A DNA stretch of 64,000 bases from Candidatus Doudnabacteria bacterium (GCA_963837465.1 CAWINB010000001.1:501646-565645), one strand, 5' to 3'; counted from the stretch's first letter, positions 9,425 to 18,581 are shown. The notes: generated from the sequence alone by a model not told the origin. Program-made: numbers and translations.

Positions 9425-9557
9425 CTGGACTTCCTATGGCCTTTGCGGTACCGTGTGCCTTGGAAAAGACGAATAAAAAATTAAGCGATCCGAAGGCTCT
9501 TTGTAGCCCGGCCAGCTAATAATGGAGTTTGAAATAACGAGAAAATTGTAATATACT
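9425..9557 (+). promoter_or_regulatory. Conserved CTGGACTT..GCGGTACCGTGTGCCTTGGAAAA motif and sigma70-like promoter
   Basis: Motif repeated at 60364-60406; TTGAAA-17-TATACT at 9529-9557. Confidence 0.65.
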
Positions 9558-9583
9558 GACTTTAACAATTTAATCAATCTAAG

Positions 9584-9755
9584 TAGCCTAAACCCGGCAG
9601 CAATGCCGGGCATGGCGAACAGTGAAATAAACTCTATGAAAATACTGAACCCGTCGTTCAGCTACTTTTCATAGAGTCGTATACCCGAAAGGGGCTACGG
9701 ACCCGCAAGGGTCATGCTGGCGGCGGGCTTTGTGCTATCTGCCAGCAAGAAAGGA
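9584..9755 (+). ncRNA. Unassigned structured cis-regulatory RNA leader, copy A
   Basis: Multi-hairpin fold with compensatory changes relative to copies at 41568 and 60507. Confidence 0.8.
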
Positions 9756-9767
9756 TAAATATACAAT

Positions 9768-10226
9768 ATGGAACCAATGGAATTAAAAGGCCAAAATGGC
9801 ACGCTCGTTATCACTGACGCGGGTGTAACCATTAAAAAAGGTCTCAAAGGATTTTTCTTAGGAGGCGGTAAGATGGGAGACAAAACTATCCCCTACTCCT
9901 CCATCGCCGCGGTGCAATTTAAAAAGGCTGGGGCGATAGCTGGCTATATACACTTAAGTTTAGTTGGGGGTATAGACTCAAGCACCAACGTGCTGATGAT
10001 GGCTAACGATGAGAACACCGTAACTTTCCAGATATGGGGCGGTAAGAATAAGAAATTTGAGGAAGGTAAAAATATCATCGAGCAAAAGATGATGGCAGCC
10101 AAATCCGGCGGCGCCCACCACAAATCAGAAGCCGATGACCTAGAAAAGTTTGCCCAGTTGAGGGATAAAGGAGTTATTACCGAGGATGAATTTCAACAGA
10201 AGAAAAAACAGCTGCTTGGTTTATAG
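9768..10226 (+). CDS. PH-like (DUF4429-type) domain + SHOCT protein
   Basis: GQNGTLVI..KTIPYSSIAAVQFK; C-terminal DDLEKFAQLRDKGVITEDEFQQKKKQLL. Confidence 0.8.
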   Translation: MEPMELKGQNGTLVITDAGVTIKKGLKGFFLGGGKMGDKTIPYSSIAAVQFKKAGAIAGYIHLSLVGGIDSSTNVLMMANDENTVTFQIWGGKNKKFEEGKNIIEQKMMAAKSGGAHHKSEADDLEKFAQLRDKGVITEDEFQQKKKQLLGL

Positions 10227-10292
10227 CCATTAATAACTTTTAATTGGAAGGACTCGGCCTTAGGGCCGTGTTCTTCAGTTCCAAAAACCCTT

Positions 10293-11138
10293 ATGTCCAC
10301 AAAAGGCCTTACCATACTGCTGCCGGACGGCGACCCCAACGGCATTAAAATCATTGAAGTCAACGGCTGGGTTGGCAAGGCCATTATTATCCCGAGGGCT
10401 AAGCTTAAGTTCATTAAAGACCGGCCGGAAAGCAATTTGCCAGCCTTGTATTTTTTGTTCGGCGAGAATATGGACGAGACCAAGCCCAGTGTTTACATTG
10501 GGGAAACTGAACTCTGTTACCAGCGGTTAACCAACCATGAAAGTAATAAGGATTTCTGGAACTTAGCCATTATTTTTATTGGCAGTTTGGATAAGGCCGA
10601 TGTCAGATACTTAGAAAATAAAGCCGTGCAGGAAGCCCACAGCTCTGGCCGCTATCTTATGACCAACGGTAACTCCCGTAACGAGAATACCTTATCGGAG
10701 TTTAAAAAATCAGCAGCTGATAGCTATTTTGAAAGTATTAAGTTTGTAATGGCGGTACTCGGTTATACACTGTTTGAACCCATAATTACCGACACCCACC
10801 ACGCTGAAGAAATCTATTACTTAAAAGCCTCTGGCGCGGAAGCCAAAGGCAGTCTTTTGGATACAGGAGAGTTTATTGTTTTTAAGGGCTCTACCGTGCG
10901 CCTGGCTGAAGTGCCGTCCATGCAGGGCACGGGTGGCTCTAAGCTTCGGCAGCTGATGAGCCGTGAGGATGACGGTAGGCTAAAGAAGATTAACGACGAG
11001 GCCTATCAACTGACCCAAGACGTGGTTTTTACCAGCCCAAGCCTGGCTGCAGATGTTATAACCGGCAGATCCAGCAACGGCTGGATTTCGTGGAAGGATA
11101 GTCAGGGCCGGACTCTGGATGAGAATAAAAGGAAATAA
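10293..11138 (+). CDS. GIY-YIG nuclease + DUF4357-type domain protein (copy 1)
   Basis: ALYFL..VYIGETE..RL..H; FTSPSLAA..GRSSNGWISWK. Confidence 0.85.
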   Translation: MSTKGLTILLPDGDPNGIKIIEVNGWVGKAIIIPRAKLKFIKDRPESNLPALYFLFGENMDETKPSVYIGETELCYQRLTNHESNKDFWNLAIIFIGSLDKADVRYLENKAVQEAHSSGRYLMTNGNSRNENTLSEFKKSAADSYFESIKFVMAVLGYTLFEPIITDTHHAEEIYYLKASGAEAKGSLLDTGEFIVFKGSTVRLAEVPSMQGTGGSKLRQLMSREDDGRLKKINDEAYQLTQDVVFTSPSLAADVITGRSSNGWISWKDSQGRTLDENKRK

Positions 11139-11147
11139 AATAGCTTA

Positions 11148-11845
11148 CTAATTCCAAATTTTTAAACCCCATCCACTAACTTTTCCTGTTAAACTCTTTG
11201 CAAATAAAGGCCAATAAATTTTTAAGTATGCATTTTTTTCAGCTAGCTTTTCTACATCAAGATCTTTATTGCTTACACCGATCCAAATAGCACTATTTAA
11301 AGACGTTGCCACTAAGTCAGTTGCCTGTAAAAGTGAATTGGTATCGTCATTAGAAAAAATAAGCCAAGAGCAAAGCCTATTTTTATATGGATCCTTCTTA
11401 TCAGATGTAACCCAGCTTTGACTGTCATTTTGAATGTGTTTAAAAAACTTTTTTGTCAGGTTAGCCTCAGTCTTATGGTCAAGATTGTCCATAACTACCA
11501 AACCTGTTTCGTCATTTTTTTTCAAAGATAAAAAAAATCGTTCAATCAAAAAATCTAAAGCGCCGAGATAAGTATCGCTAATTTTTCTTTCCGATTTCAT
11601 ACTATACTCACCAAGGTAAACAGCGCGGGCTTCAACTTTATATTTTTTTAATACTGAAAATATTTCTTCGGTAATTTTTAATTTTTGAGTTTGATTTAAT
11701 TTATTCTTGCGCGCTGATTTTAAAGTACTTATAGTATGCCTTTCTCCAATTTTTTCCAATTCGGTTGCCGCTTTTATTAAATCGTTGGCGTCAAAAATCA
11801 ATCCGCACAATACAAAATAAGCACGGCCTCGTTGGCCATCTTTGC
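11148..11845 (-). pseudogene. DUF3800-like protein lacking its N-terminus
   Basis: YFVLCG..LLQATDLVA; the expected N-terminal acidic motif is replaced by antisense MTase sequence. Confidence 0.6.
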
Positions 11846-12470
11846 AAATATCCATAAAGCGGCCAAGGATGACTTTTCCATTATTGTATACGAAAACTGG
11901 AAAAACATCCGGACAATTTGGGGCGAGATGGAAAAATACTGGAAGGTAAAAAATATGATTGTTTGGCACTTGCCCAACCGTGTGCAAGGATTTTCCGCTA
12001 AATATAAATTCTTTAACAAGCACGACATTGCCATGGTCGGCAGCGGCGACAGCGACAAAGAATACAATTTGGAGTCTGAAGAAGACGGATTGCAGAACGA
12101 ATACGACACAGCTCTTTACGGCATTTCCGGCAAACCGCAGTGGGAATCGTACGCCAAAGGTAAAAAATATTGCCCGACGGACTTTATTGAGTATGTGGCC
12201 AGTGACGAAAAAAGTTCGGGCCAGGGCGTAATTTTTGGTACCAAACCAATTGAGATTCTCATTCCCTACATTAAGGTATTAACCAAACGCGGCGATTTAA
12301 TTTTGGAACCGTTTGGCGGCAGTGGCAGTACTTTGATTGCCGCAACCAAAATGAAGCGCCGCTGCTGCATTATGGAAAAGTCGTCGGTTTATGCTGAAGT
12401 AATTATTAAGCGCTGGGAAAAGCTCACGGGCCAAAAAGCCCAGCGGATAATAGCAGGAAGGGAAACCTAA
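11841..12470 (+). pseudogene. C-terminal half of ParB-methyltransferase (copy 2, 5'-truncated)
   Basis: Aligns to copies 1 and 3 only from DFSIIVYEN onward; ParB domain and DPPY are missing. Confidence 0.8.
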
Positions 12471-12474
12471 AACT

Positions 12475-13017
12475 ATGGATGAACCCAATGACATTGTTAT
12501 GCTTCCCAACCCGGAAGGTAGTGGTAACTATTCCAGCTCCGCTGACATGAAGCAGGATAAGCAAAAAGAGTTGATGGTCGAGCAGCTCAAGAAAACGCCA
12601 ATCGTGCAGGTGGCATGCGAAAAATTAGGAATTGGCCGGAGTTCCTACTACAGGTGGCGGCAAGAGGATAAAAAATTTGAGAAAGATTGTGACGACGCGA
12701 TTAAAGAAGGTCGAAACTTGGTAAATGACGTTGCCGTATCGCAGCTGTTAAGCGCCATAAGAACCGGCAATATGACGGCAATAATGTTTTGGTTAAAACA
12801 TTTTGACGAAAACTTTAAAACCAAAATTGAAATTTCGGGATCAGTCAAGCAGGTACGTGAGGAGCTTACCGAAGAAGAGATGGCTCTTTTTCTTGAGTCC
12901 TTAAAACTTGCCGGCTTTTCCGAAAAGCAAATTAATATTAATTCTAATAAGGAGACAAACGACAATGATCAACCTAGAGAAACTTCCGTTCCTGATCGAC
13001 CCGATCAGGAAAAGTAG
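12475..13017 (+). CDS. HTH protein, putative terminase small subunit (copy 2)
   Basis: PIVQVACEKLGIGRSSYYRWR; AIMFWLK. Confidence 0.65.
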   Translation: MDEPNDIVMLPNPEGSGNYSSSADMKQDKQKELMVEQLKKTPIVQVACEKLGIGRSSYYRWRQEDKKFEKDCDDAIKEGRNLVNDVAVSQLLSAIRTGNMTAIMFWLKHFDENFKTKIEISGSVKQVREELTEEEMALFLESLKLAGFSEKQININSNKETNDNDQPRETSVPDRPDQEK

Positions 13018-14443
13018 GCTGCTTAGGCGCAAGTTCGCCAAGCGCAGTCACCCTATGTTTTTTCTGCTGTACTTAGCCAAATATATGACTAAGCCCACAG
13101 CAGAGTTTCAGCGTGAAATTTTCACGCTCACCGAAGACAAGAAACTGGACTTTCTTGTCTTAACCGCCTTTCGCGGTTCTGCTAAGTCCACAATCTGCAA
13201 TACCTCACTGGCTATCTGGTCAGTAGTTAGCGGCCGGGCTAACAACATTATTATTGCCAGCCAGACCAGACAGCAAGCCAGACAACATCTAGCGAATATT
13301 AAAAAGGAATTAGAAACTAATGATTTACTCCGCAATGACCTCGGTCCGTTCGAGGAAGAATCGGACGAATGGGGTGCATTCGCGATTACCTTTAAGGATT
13401 ACGATGCCCGCATTATGGCCGTTTCCACCGAACAGGCCATCCGTGGTATGCGCTACAAACAATATCGACCCGAAATAATAATATTGGATGATATTGAAGA
13501 CGTTAATTCTACCAGAACCAGAGAAGCCCGAGAGAAAATATACAACTGGTTTACTTCGGAAATTGTGCCATTGGGAACGCCGGATACCAGAATTATTGTC
13601 CTTGGTAACTTTGTTCACGAATATTCTTTAGTAGGCAGACTGATGGCGGAAATTCAAAGCGGCCAGCGACTTGGTATGTTTAAGCGTTACCCGTTAATTA
13701 ATGACGAAGGTTTGTGCATTTGGCCGGGAATGTATCCGAATGATGCGGCCATTGAAGCCTTTAGGAAAAAAGTTGGCGATGAGGCAACTTGGGAGCGGGA
13801 GTACAAACTTAATATTATAGCTGCCGGAGAAAAGCTAATTCCACTGGAATGGATTAAGTTTTACGAAGAGTTGCCTTCAAGGAAAAAATCGCGCGATTAC
13901 TCTTATACTTCTTGTGCAGTAGACTTAGCAATTGGCGAGAATGAAACCAATGACTGTACGGCTATCGTTTGCGGGCAAGTCCACCGCCCAGACGGCAACC
14001 TGAAAGTTTATATTCTAGCCAATCCCACCAACGCGCGTCTAAATTTTCCTAAAGCCATAGAAGCCATGAAAAATACCCTAAACGTTTTAGGCGAACAAGG
14101 CCGCACCAAAATGTTTATTGAAACCGTAGGTTTTCAAGAAGCCTATTACCAATATATGTTTGAAAACGGTTACAGACAAGTTGAGGGCGTTAAAGTTACA
14201 ACAGATAAACGCACCAGACTTGCGCTTACAACCAAACTGATTAAAGAGGGCGTAATCGTGTTTGCTAAAACTGGTTGCGATGAACTTATCCAGCAATTAG
14301 TTGGCTTCGGCAAAGAGCATCACGACGATTTAGCCGACGCGTTCAGCATGTTAATTATGCAAATCATGAAAGAGCATGAGGAAGGAGCTGGTTTTAGGGC
14401 TTGGCTAAAATTCTGCGAACGGAACGGCGGACCGTGGCTATAA
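12965..14443 (+). CDS. Terminase large subunit (copy 2)
   Basis: AAGGAG + ATG12965; AFRGSAKST, IILDDIE, AVDLAIG, HDDLADA. Confidence 0.87.
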   Translation: MINLEKLPFLIDPIRKSRLLRRKFAKRSHPMFFLLYLAKYMTKPTAEFQREIFTLTEDKKLDFLVLTAFRGSAKSTICNTSLAIWSVVSGRANNIIIASQTRQQARQHLANIKKELETNDLLRNDLGPFEEESDEWGAFAITFKDYDARIMAVSTEQAIRGMRYKQYRPEIIILDDIEDVNSTRTREAREKIYNWFTSEIVPLGTPDTRIIVLGNFVHEYSLVGRLMAEIQSGQRLGMFKRYPLINDEGLCIWPGMYPNDAAIEAFRKKVGDEATWEREYKLNIIAAGEKLIPLEWIKFYEELPSRKKSRDYSYTSCAVDLAIGENETNDCTAIVCGQVHRPDGNLKVYILANPTNARLNFPKAIEAMKNTLNVLGEQGRTKMFIETVGFQEAYYQYMFENGYRQVEGVKVTTDKRTRLALTTKLIKEGVIVFAKTGCDELIQQLVGFGKEHHDDLADAFSMLIMQIMKEHEEGAGFRAWLKFCERNGGPWL

Positions 14444-14678
14444 ATGTGGCTAAAATTTGAAGGCCAAAAATAAAACGCCGAATTTATTCCAGCGTTTTAT
14501 TAATAACTATATTTCCTTTTTGGAAAAAACTAAATTTAACTTTCTCCAACAAGGAGGCAAGGGAAGGATGTGCAGTCCTCCCTTGCCAGCTTGAGTGCGT
14601 AAACTTTTATTTTTGTAGGTCGAGTTTGTGGCTCTCGACCTGTTTGAATTCCGCTGCCACAAAGCGGTTGCCCTTTTA

Positions 14679-15284
14679 TTAGGGTTTGCTGAGCTCGGCA
14701 ACATCTTCTGGATCATTGCCGTTGAACTGGAAGTCCTGTGCCCAGCATTGGCGATGAAGTTCGGTAATGGGGCCAAATATCAGCCCGTCTTCCCGAATTA
14801 ATATCTCTATCGCCGTCTCGAGCGTGTGCCGCTCCTGCCCATACTGGTGCATAGCGGCATATTCGCGGACTGTGGGATGGCCGCCTTGACCTAAGGGCAC
14901 AGCACCGATAAGTGCCATAACCCCTCGAGCAAAAGCGCTGCGCTTGTAAGTTGATGCTCGTGGCATCCGCTCCAGCGCAATCCTATGCAGCTCTCCCCAC
15001 TGTGACGTGGGGAAAACAAACACCAGATGCTGCCACTCTCCGGTCTCCGGATCCTGACCTTCTATGTCAGTCAAGACATCGAACTTCTCAATTATCTTGA
15101 CCTCGACCAGTTCCCCGGATATAAGCCCGAAAACCTCGTGGGGATTGAATTCATCATCCCATGCCCCTTGAACGAAATATCGGGCTCCGCACTCACACTC
15201 GTAAGTGATATTATAGTCTGCCGGAATCTCCAGCTTACGCTGACAGAACTGACAGACTATTTCTGGTAAGTTCGCCCTGTCCAC
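14679..15284 (-). CDS. Hypothetical protein with N-terminal Zn ribbon
   Basis: CQFC..CECG. Confidence 0.6.
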   Translation of the reverse strand: MDRANLPEIVCQFCQRKLEIPADYNITYECECGARYFVQGAWDDEFNPHEVFGLISGELVEVKIIEKFDVLTDIEGQDPETGEWQHLVFVFPTSQWGELHRIALERMPRASTYKRSAFARGVMALIGAVPLGQGGHPTVREYAAMHQYGQERHTLETAIEILIREDGLIFGPITELHRQCWAQDFQFNGNDPEDVAELSKP

Positions 15285-15343
15285 TTTTATTCTTCCTTTC
15301 TTGCGCTGGTTGCGCTCCTAGGGTGAAAGGGATTGGAGATAAA

Positions 15344-17098
15344 CTACTGCGCGGCTTTGAGCGCGACAAGAGCGACAGCGGTTGGATTATTCCACGACCC
15401 GACTGTGAAGACCTCGTCACACAACTCCACCGCATACTTCGGATTTCCAGAAGCCGAAACGATGCCTACCACCTTCACATTTTTATCGTGGGCGATGGCA
15501 TACACCGACGGTGCCGGAAAACCACTATCCAAGAAATCCCCGAACACCATTATGGTAGTATTCGGCAGGGCCTGGCGGATAGCCAGTTCAAGCCCTCGAG
15601 CATAGGAAGTACCAAAACCCGGCTGCAGCATAAGAATGCCGTCAATAACGACATCTACATCTGACTCCGGAGTCGGAACAACCACAGCTGGATGATCAGC
15701 GAACACCGTCAACCCAAAGGTTGCGCCCTTGGGTCCGTAGTAAAGAGCAGTGGCTTGTGCCGCAGCCATTGCTGACTGCATCCTGCCCTCGTGCCCCATA
15801 GAACCGCTCGTGTCAAACACGAACAGCAGGTTTGGAGCGTCGGTGCTCACGCGCTTTTGGCGAATTTCGGCGAGGTCGTCAACCGCGCCGCCACTTGCCA
15901 AGGCTTCCTCCATTGTCCGAAGCTCGTCTAACGGAGCTTCAAAGTGGAGACCGCGAAGCAAGTCTACCTGCTCGCCAGCACGGCTCATTGTCTGCGCCCC
16001 GTCTTCCACCTCGTCAAATTGTGAGATAGCTTTAAGAGCGCTTAAATGAGATATGCCTTTGAGCAATCGGTATTCAGGTCCGCCGCGAACTCGATGCTGG
16101 GGAGGGATGGTTGTCCACCGCTCCAACAACTCGATTCGCTTTTCGCCGCTAAGTCCGCGCAAGAGTGGCATCATCTTCACCAACTCCTGTGGGATATCCG
16201 CCGAAATACTTAGCTCGGGCATTCCGTCGCCCTTGCCACCTAAGGCACCGCCGCTAGTCGCCGCACCCGTTTCCGGACTCGGAGAATCTAACTGCACTGC
16301 CTGTTTGATGACTTCGGGTTTCTCGGATTGCACTATTGCCTTTTGACCTCGGACCTTAGCTTCAAAGCTGCCGTCCAGAGCCTTCAGGTCAAACCGTGCC
16401 TGCCCTTGGCTGTTGGCGAGTTCCTGCGAAATTTCACCTGCGGTCTTAATTCCATCCGCAGTCAGAAATTCCTTTGTTGGATCAGAACCAAGTAACTTGG
16501 CTAAGCTCGTGGTGTTAACCACGGCTTTGCCTTGTCCCGGCTCTTTCGCAGGATTTTGCTTTTGCCCTTGCGAGGAAGATTGAGACGAGGTTGAACCTTC
16601 AGCCTGATTTTGGTCTTGATCAGCTTGCGCCGAACTTTGACCTTTACCAGACTTAGGCTGTCTTCTCGACTCCCGGCGAAGACTGGCACAAAAAGATTCT
16701 GTGCTAAAATCAGTATCGCCATTTTCTCCCGAACCACTTTGCGTCGATGGTTTTCCAGGCTTGCCCGACTGTGAAGTGGGTTTGCCTTGGGAATCAGACT
16801 GGGACTGTTTGTCGCCCCCACCTTTCTCGGATGAAGGCTGTGGCTGTCCCGAATCTGAAATCTGACTCTCTACTTCTGCTTGCGCATAGGCTGAATCAGA
16901 CTTTTCATCTTTTTGGTCGCTGCTGTTTGCCTCCGAAGGTTCGCCGGAATTTTCCTGCTGGTTTTCGCCTTCTCCTTGTTCAGGATTAGTTTCATCCGCA
17001 GGATTATCTTCCGATTCCTCTGAAGACTCTCCGTCCGGGCTTTGTGAGCCTGGGGGTGAATCATCATCCGGCGTTGCTCCTCCGGAGGCTGCTAAGGG
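15344..17098 (-). CDS. Low-complexity acidic/Gln-Ser linker + vWA domain (possibly fused to the upstream AAA+ by -1 frameshift)
   Basis: FDTSGSM MIDAS, GTSYARGL, VFGD; no in-frame Met for ~290 codons after the AAA+ stop. Confidence 0.8.
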   Translation of the reverse strand, partial: PLAASGGATPDDDSPPGSQSPDGESSEESEDNPADETNPEQGEGENQQENSGEPSEANSSDQKDEKSDSAYAQAEVESQISDSGQPQPSSEKGGGDKQSQSDSQGKPTSQSGKPGKPSTQSGSGENGDTDFSTESFCASLRRESRRQPKSGKGQSSAQADQDQNQAEGSTSSQSSSQGQKQNPAKEPGQGKAVVNTTSLAKLLGSDPTKEFLTADGIKTAGEISQELANSQGQARFDLKALDGSFEAKVRGQKAIVQSEKPEVIKQAVQLDSPSPETGAATSGGALGGKGDGMPELSISADIPQELVKMMPLLRGLSGEKRIELLERWTTIPPQHRVRGGPEYRLLKGISHLSALKAISQFDEVEDGAQTMSRAGEQVDLLRGLHFEAPLDELRTMEEALASGGAVDDLAEIRQKRVSTDAPNLLFVFDTSGSMGHEGRMQSAMAAAQATALYYGPKGATFGLTVFADHPAVVVPTPESDVDVVIDGILMLQPGFGTSYARGLELAIRQALPNTTIMVFGDFLDSGFPAPSVYAIAHDKNVKVVGIVSASGNPKYAVELCDEVFTVGSWNNPTAVALVALKAAQ

Positions 17099-18165
17099 CG
17101 GTTGGATGTTCCTCCGAACACCTCGTGAAGGATCTTCGTGATCCAAGTGTCGGCAGTTTCTCCGTTCATCGTAACGTCGGGCGTAATTTCCACCCGCCCA
17201 CGATACACACGGCAACCGACGCTGATGCAAGTGTCCGGCGTGATGACTTCACTCCCCGAAAGGAGCGAATACACAGCCGACTCCTGCAACAAATCGATAT
17301 AAGAACGGGGGCCGGCAACTACCTTAAACTTTCCGGAGAAATCCGTAAAGTTAGGCAATTGCGTTTGCGTGAGCTTCGTCACCGTGGCGCAGCCACGGAT
17401 AATTTGCTCGTCTATATTGAGCAGCCCGCCGAGACCTTTCTCGGCAACGAAACTACGAACGGCCAAAAGGTCGGCCGGGTCGCAATGCGTGACGGACGGT
17501 AAAGTCCGTTTTGCACCGCTGCCAATTCGGCGGAGAACTTCCACGTCTTCGTCGATTGGGAGAAATCCCAGCTCGACAACCGACGTGAATCTGTCCTTTA
17601 CCGAAATCGGAATGGGTTGAGCACTCGGATCATACTTCTTGGTGTTAGCCGTAGCGAACAACGTAAAGTTGAGATCCTTCGTGCCAACACCTTCCACGGA
17701 CACCTGCTGTTCCTCCATGATTTGAAGGAGACCGAATTGTGCCCTTGCAGGCACTTTATCAATCTCATCAAAGTGGAAGAATCCAGGCATTCCTGTTACC
17801 GTGTCTGCGAGGAATGACCGGACGGTTTGAAGTGCGTTTACAAACTGCAAACGTCCTTCGCCATCGTATTCCGACTTCCGCCGAGAAAGAAATTCCTCGG
17901 GCGTCAAGTCGGAACGTCCCTGCACGCGGTCGTAAACCACGTGCCCACCGTTCATTGCGCCCACAAGCTTTGACGCACCCTTCATCAGGGTGGTCTTTGC
18001 GAGGCCCGGGGCGGAGAACACCAACAGGTGTCCCTTAAGCCCGAGAGCCCGACGGAACAGTGCGCAGACCAACGAGTCTTTCAACTCGCTGTAGCCCACA
18101 ACAATCTCGTCCAGTCCCGACCGCAAGGATCGGAACGAATCAACAACGTTCAGTAACTGTTTCAT
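17092..18165 (-). CDS. MoxR-family AAA+ ATPase
   Basis: SAPGLAKTT, DLTPEE, FDEIDK, LLQIMEEQQVSVEG, ATAN, DRF, GPRS. Confidence 0.88.
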   Translation of the reverse strand: MKQLLNVVDSFRSLRSGLDEIVVGYSELKDSLVCALFRRALGLKGHLLVFSAPGLAKTTLMKGASKLVGAMNGGHVVYDRVQGRSDLTPEEFLSRRKSEYDGEGRLQFVNALQTVRSFLADTVTGMPGFFHFDEIDKVPARAQFGLLQIMEEQQVSVEGVGTKDLNFTLFATANTKKYDPSAQPIPISVKDRFTSVVELGFLPIDEDVEVLRRIGSGAKRTLPSVTHCDPADLLAVRSFVAEKGLGGLLNIDEQIIRGCATVTKLTQTQLPNFTDFSGKFKVVAGPRSYIDLLQESAVYSLLSGSEVITPDTCISVGCRVYRGRVEITPDVTMNGETADTWITKILHEVFGGTSNRP

Positions 18166-18581
18166 CTTTTTTCCTTTTTGCCCCGACTGCCTACCCAGCC
18201 GGAGCCAATTGAATTTGGTATACCGGCGGGTGTAGGCCCGCCAAAAGCAGAAAGGAACCCCGAACATAGGGGAAACTCACATATTATTTTTTACATAATA
18301 CACGAGTTAAACCAAATATTCAGTTGTCAAAGATCAATCTTGAGTGTTTCAACCCAAGCGCCAGGCGGCTCCTGTTAGGGCAACAGGGCTTTGTTCCCCC
18401 GGTGTCCACCTGGCGTTTAAGTTGAATAAGTCGGTCGGGAGAATAAAAGATTGTGCAAATCTTTTATTCTCCCACTCCGAGTGCTAAACACCGAGATTCA
18501 CGCCTTGCTCGGTTTGGCGACAGGGTTCATGCCTTCTCCTCTATGGCGATCGGTTTTAAATAAAACCGGCAAAATTTTCTT

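Noticed and set aside
9584-9616. c-di-GMP-I riboswitch or known small ribozyme
   Set aside because: Shares only a tetraloop-receptor-like CCUAA..AUGG; lacks the upstream GAAA hairpin and GCAAA junction of c-di-GMP-I, and no hammerhead, twister or pistol core was seen
11148-12023. 291-aa ORF as a genuine overlapping gene
   Set aside because: Its first ~60 aa are antisense read-through of the truncated MTase created by the junction
18479-18487. CIRCE element
   Set aside because: Only the GAGTGCTAA half-site is present; no TTAGCACTC 9 bp upstream
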